Below, one piece after another: positions 58,998 through 64,000 of a stretch of DNA of 64,000 nucleotides. A program made the position numbers and the translations under genes. The notes under the pieces are model-generated. The model was not told where the DNA came from, searched no databases, and worked only from the letters and a program-made list of their open reading frames with translations. Source of the stretch: a virus (lineage: Duplodnaviria; Caudoviricetes); the IMG/VR virus record IMGVR_UViG_3300014205_000183. The stretch is one strand, 5' to 3'. Numbering within the stretch: position 1 is the first letter of the stretch; every line of letters starts with the position of its first letter.

Positions 58998-59245
58998 TGG
59001 ATATCCTTTCTTTTATATGAAACAATTCTTTCAAGAGGTTTCTCATCCTCATTAGCGGCTCTAATCGCAGCTGTACACACATATTGACAATGATACATAT
59101 GTACAGAAGCAGTGTCATACAACTCAGCAAATCCGTCTACTGTGCTAGCTAGGGCGTGTTCTGTTATATCTTTGGGTATATGTACTAATCTACGTTCTAA
59201 CTCGTTGTCTGCATTCACTAATAGAATTGTACCTTCGATAGCCAT
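58994..59245 (-). CDS. hypothetical protein translationally coupled to Ro60
   Basis: AGGAGG before MAIEG (59245); ATGA overlap with the Ro60 start; the longer ORF call runs into an RNA gene. Confidence 0.6.
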   Translation of the reverse strand: MAIEGTILLVNADNELERRLVHIPKDITEHALASTVDGFAELYDTASVHMYHCQYVCTAAIRAANEDEKPLERIVSYKRKDIQ

Positions 59246-59270
59246 TACATACCTCCTGTTAAGTACAAAT

Positions 59271-59300
59271 AAAAAAGCCACGGACAATATGTTCGTGGCT
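59271..59300 (-). terminator. intrinsic terminator between the ncRNA array and the Ro60 operon
   Basis: AGCCACGAACA-TAT-TGTCCGTGGCT followed by TTTTT. Confidence 0.7.
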
Positions 59301-59314
59301 AGATTTATAAAGTA

Positions 59315-59448
59315 TTGCGGGTAACGCATGAAACGAGCTTTTTTTGACGGTTGCTCTGCCAACTGAGCTACAGCAGCCTAAGCCGCTGATGGGACTCGAA
59401 CCCATGACCTACTGTGTGGTTGAAGTATTCGTCTCTCCAACACCGCAA
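59315..59448 (-). ncRNA. Y RNA (YrlA-like) 1
   Basis: TTGCG/CGCAA terminal stem; TGTTG..TACTTC; permuted tRNA module (T-arm GGGTTCGAGTCCC, closed acceptor hairpin, D-arm TAGCTCAGTTGGCAGAGC); CGTTACC; adjacent to Ro60. Confidence 0.85.
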
Positions 59449-59455
59449 ATTATAA

Positions 59456-59541
59456 ATCCGGGAACGTTCGACTGCCGTTAGTGGGTTACCCCACGGTCAT
59501 ACCAAAAAAGAATGAAGTAACGGATGTCTATCACCACGGAT
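59456..59541 (-). ncRNA. Y RNA 2 (minimal, no tRNA-like module)
   Basis: ATCCG/CGGAT stem; TGGTG..TACTTC..CGTTCC shared with the other copies. Confidence 0.7.
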
Positions 59542-59557
59542 CATTTTTCTTATTAAT

Positions 59558-59671
59558 AAGTCGGGAACGGGCACTGCACGTTAGCCCTTACCAAATAGGG
59601 CGAGGCATCTGGCGTTAACCAGGTGCACTGGGATTTGAACCTAGAAGTAGGTGCAATAATCACCACGACTT
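59558..59671 (-). ncRNA. Y RNA (YrlA-like) 3
   Basis: AAGTCG/CGACTT stem; TGGTG..TACTTC; T-arm GGTTCAAATCC; closed acceptor; D-arm GCCCTATTTGGTAAGGGC; CGTTCC. Confidence 0.8.
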
Positions 59672-60444
59672 GAATATGTGAAAGAACAAATAGACCAATT
59701 TATAAACCCAGTTAGAGGAAAAATAGAGGTAAAAAATAACCCCTACCGTGGCTGTTGCCAGTACCGCCCTCCAACCAAGCAATTTTTAAGAGTAGCTTGA
59801 GTGTCGGTACCGGTACTAATGATCTGTCCATATGAACAAACCCGTTCTCAGCCCTTGTTCTCTCACTACTCAACGTTTAAGGTTACCTTGATAATATTAG
59901 CTAACATTAATGTGGCCACAAAGAACGTCGAATACCAGGTACTGGTTATGAGCCAGCAGTCCAATATCACCTTTAAGACCTTCTTGCTACCAAAATATTA
60001 TCAAAGAACCAGTTTCTGTGTTCACGGGAGTGTCAGGCATCATCAGTGCAGGATTGAGAGCTACCCGGGCAGAATCGATTCTACTTGACCGGACAATCCT
60101 AACTGCACCCAACACAAGAAACTCCCGAGAACACACAATCAATTTGGAGCCAGACGCCCCCGGTTGATTAGACCGAAGGTTTGCTACGGAATCACCCGTA
60201 TGCTGGCAAGTTTTTACCTCTCTTCGTATCTCTACAGGCAGGAGGAGATCCCGGGAGCTGTTTTACCAGCCGCCACCCACCACCGTATTTTGTTAAATAC
60301 GGAAAATATTTCTCGTCGTAAGAATAAAGAGGCTTGTGGCCCCGCCTGGTCCCCGGCCTTACAACGAAATTTTAAAGGGGGTATATCCTTATCTTTTAGG
60401 GATAAGTGCCCTCGGGTGGAGTCTATATACCCTTTAATTTATAA

Positions 60445-60579
60445 TGCCGGTAACGTGCGAAACACTGACGTGTGCGCTCTACCACTGAGCTACGTTCGGC
60501 ATGAATGGGCCAAACGACAGGATTCGAACCTGTGACCTCACCCTCCAAAAGGGAAGTAAGTGTATCTATCAACACGGCA
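60445..60579 (-). ncRNA. Y RNA (YrlA-like) 4
   Basis: TGCCG/CGGCA stem; TGTTG..TACTTC; T-arm CAGGTTCGAATCCTG; D-arm TAGCTCAGTGGTAGAGC; CGTTACC. Confidence 0.85.
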
Positions 60580-60614
60580 AATTTTATATCAAAGAACAAG
60601 CTAATCTACAAACC

Positions 60615-60740
60615 TCAGCAGAAGTGGGAGTCGAACCCACAGAACCCAGAGAGATAACAGACTCTCTAAGTAACCTCTTTTCGCTTGCCGTTATCGCAGC
60701 TACTCGAAAGCGCGGCTGCCAATTTTCGCCATTCTGCTGA
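60615..60740 (-). ncRNA. tRNA-like RNA with expanded anticodon domain and no CCA
   Basis: TCAGCAGAA/TTCTGCTGA acceptor; D-arm; long variable arm; T-arm GTGGGTTCGACTCCCAC. Confidence 0.65.
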
Positions 60741-61636
60741 TTTCTTTTTAACGATCATAGAGGGGCATGGTCAGCACGGAGGTTTATAAGCCCCTCACCG
60801 CTGAGTATTTAATTCAGCTTCAACCAACTATGCTTGTCCTCTACAATCTACATGTCAAAGTCATGGGTCAGAATTTAGTCAAAAACTTAACCTAAACCCT
60901 AAGTCTCTGCTTCTGTTTGGACTGGCTACCGTCCATGCAAATATGGCGCCCCTACAATAGAGTGACTATTCACAACACTTGCCCTAATGCCTTGCAGTTA
61001 CCCCGGGTGCGGCACCTACTCTAGTGTCATTGCAGCATCTCTTCGCTGCGTAGAGGACTTTTAATAAGTGCTACTAGATCCGGTTGTTGGAGCTGCATTA
61101 GCGCCTAGAGAGGATGTGTTCGCACGGTTTAAAGATTCTCACAAGGTTGGGCAGGTAGTGTCTCCTGCTCTGACTGGTCAAGCCTCTTTATTCTCGGCCC
61201 TTCCCACGTAACCAACGGGTGAGCTTCCGAGTTCATCAACGTGTTTCAACGCTGCACCAACCCTGTCAGAATCCTTAACTCTTTTACAAGTGAGGTTGGC
61301 TAACACGCACTTGTGTCCGAGTTGTTTACCGAGTTCGCTCGGTGGTCCACGGGCAACCCTGCGTTGCTCCTCACTTATTTTTTAAGGGTGTCCTGAACTT
61401 TAGACGAACTGCGTCAAGCAAGCCGGATCGTGACCCCGGATTTCCCTAAGTTTGAAGACACAGCCAAGGGTCGCGCCCTTCTCGACGGTCTCTCACCGCA
61501 AGCCATGCCAAATTTATAAACCAACAGGAGATATATCCATAAGGATATAACAAAGTTACTGGAGCAATTACGCTTCATCACAACGGTAGCGACCTTACGG
61601 TGCGCCCATCCTGTTGATAATTTATTTCAAAGAACA

Positions 61637-61842
61637 AAAATCATATATCGATGGAGTCGAACCACCTAGTCTGCCTACTTACATTTACCTACCGGATTTT
61701 CATGTCCGTTCCAGTGTAGGCCGTGCACCAGTTGTTTAGACCGCACACGTACAGGATTTGAACCCGCAATAAATGTGTGCTTCAACAGCATTTGCAGCTT
61801 ACGAGGCTACTGCGTTCACCATGACGCCCCACATATGATTTT
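61637..61842 (-). ncRNA. ~205-nt tRNA-like RNA with two T-arms
   Basis: AAAATCATAT/ATATGATTTT closing stem; D-arm; anticodon-like arm; T-arms CGGGTTCAAATCCTG and GTGGTTCGACTCCAT. Confidence 0.6.
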
Positions 61843-61867
61843 AAAAGAACATTTTAATTTCCTAAAT

Positions 61868-61915
61868 AACATAAACTATTAAAAATTAAAAGTCAACATA
61901 AAAATAAAAAAAAAT
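61868..61915 (-). promoter_or_regulatory. sigma70-like promoter of the ncRNA operon
   Basis: TTGACT-17 bp-TATGTT with a T-rich UP element; boxA-like GTTCTTT just downstream. Confidence 0.7.
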
Positions 61916-62035
61916 TATCACACTCGGTACGATTATTCTTTACATCTCATTTTTAACACTATATATTAGCAGCATCATCGACCAACGGAGTTTAACCATT
62001 TTGATATCTACTCCGTATATCAAGAAAGGACATGT

Positions 62036-62740
62036 ATGATGCATTCAAATTCTTTTGTCTTAGCTGTCAAGTCGGCGGACAACAAAATCCTTCGTGAAAT
62101 CGGAGGACAGGTTTTCCTCACATTCAATTCAGAGTATTCTCTCCTGCTGAAGAACCTTAACAATGTAAAAAGCTGTTGCACAGTTAGCATTGACGGAACG
62201 GATGTTCTAGGTGGTCACGAGTTGATCGTCGAAGCACATTCCAGTATTGACCTAGAGAGATTTGTGGTAGATGGCAACTTTGGAAGTGGTCGCCGCTTCA
62301 AATTTGTACCACTTACGGACTCTAAGGTACAAGACCCCTCTTCTGCTGAAAATGGTATCGTGGAAGTGCGGTTCTGGAAAGAGAAAGTTATTCAACCTAT
62401 CTTCATAGGGAGTAACTCTCTTCTTCGATCAAGCGGGGTGATCCATCCTAACTCCAGCAGTTGCTTCTATTCAGCTCCTATAGGTACTGCCTGCTGTGAT
62501 AGTATGGCTACTCCAGCGGCTGCGGGGGCTACTGTAGAAGGTGCATATAGCAATCAGCAGTTTGGCAGCGGATACTTCGGAGAAAAAGACGGGGCACCCA
62601 CCGTGCTGCGGCTTAAGTTGGTTGGTCAGGTAGATAAACCACTAACAGTAGAAGCTACTAAAAATAAACACTGCACTAACTGTGGCCGAAAAGCCAAGTT
62701 CAATGATTATTTCTGTGGTGGCTGCGGTAAAGCTCTATAA
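62036..62740 (+). CDS. hypothetical protein with C-terminal zinc ribbon
   Basis: 234 aa; AAAGGA RBS; CTNCG...CGGCG; own terminator; the only convincing plus-strand gene in the window. Confidence 0.8.
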   Translation: MMHSNSFVLAVKSADNKILREIGGQVFLTFNSEYSLLLKNLNNVKSCCTVSIDGTDVLGGHELIVEAHSSIDLERFVVDGNFGSGRRFKFVPLTDSKVQDPSSAENGIVEVRFWKEKVIQPIFIGSNSLLRSSGVIHPNSSSCFYSAPIGTACCDSMATPAAAGATVEGAYSNQQFGSGYFGEKDGAPTVLRLKLVGQVDKPLTVEATKNKHCTNCGRKAKFNDYFCGGCGKAL

Positions 62741-62765
62741 GATCCAGTTACTCGGTCGATGACAG

Positions 62766-62795
62766 CCCGGCTTCCATGGTGGAGGCCGGGTTTTT
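62766..62795 (+). terminator. intrinsic terminator
   Basis: CCCGGCTTCC-ATGGT-GGAGGCCGGG followed by TTTTT. Confidence 0.8.
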
Positions 62796-62802
62796 AATTT
62801 AA

Positions 62803-62925
62803 TGCCGGTAACGTGCGTTTTCGGATGTTTTTTGTTTTACCATTAAACTACACCTTACGGCGTCGGGATTCGAACCCGAATCTTTCTTTAGACAGAAGAA
62901 GTATCCGATAACTATCAACACGGCA
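62803..62925 (-). ncRNA. Y RNA (YrlA-like) 5
   Basis: TGCCG/CGGCA stem; TGTTGATAG..TACTTC; T-arm TCGGGTTCGAATCCCGA; short closed acceptor; D-arm TAGTTTAATGGTAAAAC; CGTTACC. Confidence 0.85.
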
Positions 62926-62929
62926 ATTT

Positions 62930-63018
62930 TGGCGGATGAAGTGAGACTCGAACTCACAACGCCGTCTCTGGCGCTACTGCTTTTCAAGAGCAGCTCCCGT
63001 TCCAGCAGGAACTCATCC
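62930..63018 (-). tRNA. tRNA-Ser(TGA)
   Basis: Anticodon loop CTTGAAA; long variable arm; TTCGA; encoded CCA; atypical D-arm. Confidence 0.85.
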
Positions 63019-63026
63019 ATATATTT

Positions 63027-63103
63027 TGGAGCACCCTCCCGGAATTGCACCGAGGTATTAATCGGGTTGCGACCGACCGCCTTACTGTCTTGGCTAAGAG
63101 TGC
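63027..63103 (-). tRNA. tRNA-Cys(GCA)
   Basis: Loop TCGCAAC; U73 discriminator; CCA; T-loop TGCAA. Confidence 0.8.
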
Positions 63104-63113
63104 ATATAAATTT

Positions 63114-63194
63114 TGGTGCGCTAGGAGGGACTTGCACCCCCACGATTTCTCGGCAGATCCTAAGTCTGCTGCGTCTGCATTCCGCCACAAGCGC
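63114..63194 (-). tRNA. tRNA-Leu(TAG)
   Basis: Loop CTTAGGA; A73; CCA; T-loop TGCAA. Confidence 0.85.
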
Positions 63195-63200
63195 ATAATC

Positions 63201-63277
63201 TGGTATCCTCGGTTGGATTCTAACCAACGACATCCTCTTTAGGAAAGAAGAACTCTGAACAGCTGAGCTACGAGGAT
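63201..63277 (-). tRNA. tRNA-Arg(CCT)
   Basis: Loop TTCCTAA; CCA; T-loop TAGAA. Confidence 0.85.
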
Positions 63278-63278
63278 A

Positions 63279-63355
63279 TGGTGCTTCGAGTCGGACTTAA
63301 ACCGACGGCATCAGCCTTCGGAAAGCTGCGCTCTATTCATCTGAGCTATCGAAGC
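63279..63355 (-). tRNA. tRNA-Arg(CCG)
   Basis: Loop TTCCGAA; CCA; T-loop TTTAA. Confidence 0.88.
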
Positions 63356-63360
63356 CTGTT

Positions 63361-63437
63361 TGGCGTTCATGGAAGGACTTGAACCTTCAGCCTCCTGGTC
63401 CGTAGCCAGGTGCTCTATCCAATTGAGCTACACGAAC
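63361..63437 (-). tRNA. tRNA-Arg(ACG)
   Basis: Loop CTACGGA; canonical arms; CCA. Confidence 0.92.
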
Positions 63438-63443
63438 ATATTT

Positions 63444-63519
63444 TGGCAGGAGAGGCCGGAGTTGAACCGACGACATCCAGCTCCAGAGGCTGGCGTTCTA
63501 CCAACTGAACTACTCTCCA
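63444..63519 (-). tRNA. tRNA-Gln(CTG)
   Basis: Loop CTCTGGA; canonical arms; CCA. Confidence 0.9.
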
Positions 63520-63526
63520 ACGATTT

Positions 63527-63600
63527 TGGCTGAGGTGCATCGACTTGCACGATGATAACAGGCTCCAAAGGCCTGGGTCCTACTATTGAACGACACCCCA
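63527..63600 (-). tRNA. tRNA-Gln(TTG)
   Basis: Loop CTTTGGA; U1:A72; CCA; T-loop TGCAA. Confidence 0.88.
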
Positions 63601-63634
63601 AAATTTTTAAAAGAGCCGGGTGGTTGTCCCCGGC

Positions 63635-64000
63635 TTATGCTTCAAGTTCAACATCCCAATAAACAAAGTCTTTCCAACTCTCGTGCGGCAGGTGCTTAAG
63701 AGCCTGAATCTTCAGGGTTATTTCACGCTCAAGAGAGAGGTCGTACTTCGGCGCCTGGGGTGTGCACCACAAGTGCATTCCAGCTTGTGCCGGCGTTCGG
63801 TTAGCCTTCTTGCCGTTGCAAGCTAAGCAGCAGCATACAAGATTACGCCAATGACTTGTTCCACCCTGGTCACGAGGAACCACGTGGTCCCAGTGCATCT
63901 TCTGGATAGGTAAAAACGTCCGGCAATACTGACAATGCCCCCGGTCACGAATCCACAGATTCTTACGGGACAGCCGCATAACACGGCCACGCTTCTGGAC
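63635..64000 (-). CDS. HNH endonuclease (probably 5'-truncated by the window edge)
   Basis: RD...CQYC, DHVVPR.QGG...W.NLV.CC..CN..K.NRTP. Confidence 0.88.
   Translation of the reverse strand, partial: VQKRGRVMRLSRKNLWIRDRGHCQYCRTFLPIQKMHWDHVVPRDQGGTSHWRNLVCCCLACNGKKANRTPAQAGMHLWCTPQAPKYDLSLEREITLKIQALKHLPHESWKDFVYWDVELEA

Noticed and set aside
60000-60050. Hammerhead ribozyme (minus-strand CTGATGA ... GAAA)
   Set aside because: No stem II between the motifs; the intervening bases are used in the long rod.
59801-60740. Plus-strand ORFs 59801-60088, 60164-60535 and 60501-60740
   Set aside because: No RBS or recognisable protein features; they are antisense to structured RNAs.
60886-60902. 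Telomere-like TTAGGGTTTAGG on the minus strand
   Set aside because: Fewer than two perfect units; no supporting context.
60382-61549. 11-nt inverted match TATATCCTTAT / ATAAGGATATA
   Set aside because: AT-rich, expected by chance in 2.5 kb, and both sides are already in local hairpins.
59700-61850. tmRNA, RNase P RNA or group I intron
   Set aside because: I could not find the tmRNA GGGG..GGATTCGAC / TCCACCA ends, the RNase P GAGGAAAGTCC motif or the group I core.
59315-62925. Y-RNA repeats as a CRISPR array or ordinary tRNA pseudogenes
   Set aside because: No identical regularly spaced repeats and no cas genes; the T-before-D order and shared terminal motifs fit Y RNAs.
62930-63194. tRNAs with TGA and TAG anticodons as suppressors, implying a recoded genome
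   Set aside because: These anticodons read TCA (Ser) and CTA (Leu). Genes are long and intact in code 11, and both TAG and TGA serve as stops.
62799-63242. ORFs overlapping the tRNA cluster
   Set aside because: Translations of tRNA and Y RNA sequence.

Overview
This is a 64-kb segment of a large tailed dsDNA phage, coded almost entirely on the minus strand in standard code 11. (1) 1-32.5 kb is a head-morphogenesis block: major capsid, decoration and scaffold proteins, prohead protease, and an intein-containing portal. It is interspersed with very large acidic proteins built from small modules joined by a recurring basic S-K-K-T-A-[A/G] linker, which look like protease-processed internal-head polyproteins. 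(2) 32.8-50 kb holds terminase, nucleotide and repair genes (several lacking catalytic motifs), a glycosyltransferase/methyltransferase/asparagine-synthetase cluster and two cell-wall hydrolases. (3) 50-57.5 kb holds small genes behind sigma70-like promoters. (4) 57.5-64 kb holds a Ro60/TROVE gene downstream of a dense 2.5-kb non-coding RNA operon. Across this region are five Y-RNA (YrlA-like) genes, two aberrant tRNA-like RNAs, about a dozen unrecognised closed-stem RNAs (two sharing a perfect 16-nt complementarity), repeated boxA-like motifs, and eight tRNAs, several with non-canonical T-loops. All calls were made by eye from motifs; no database search or folding program was run.
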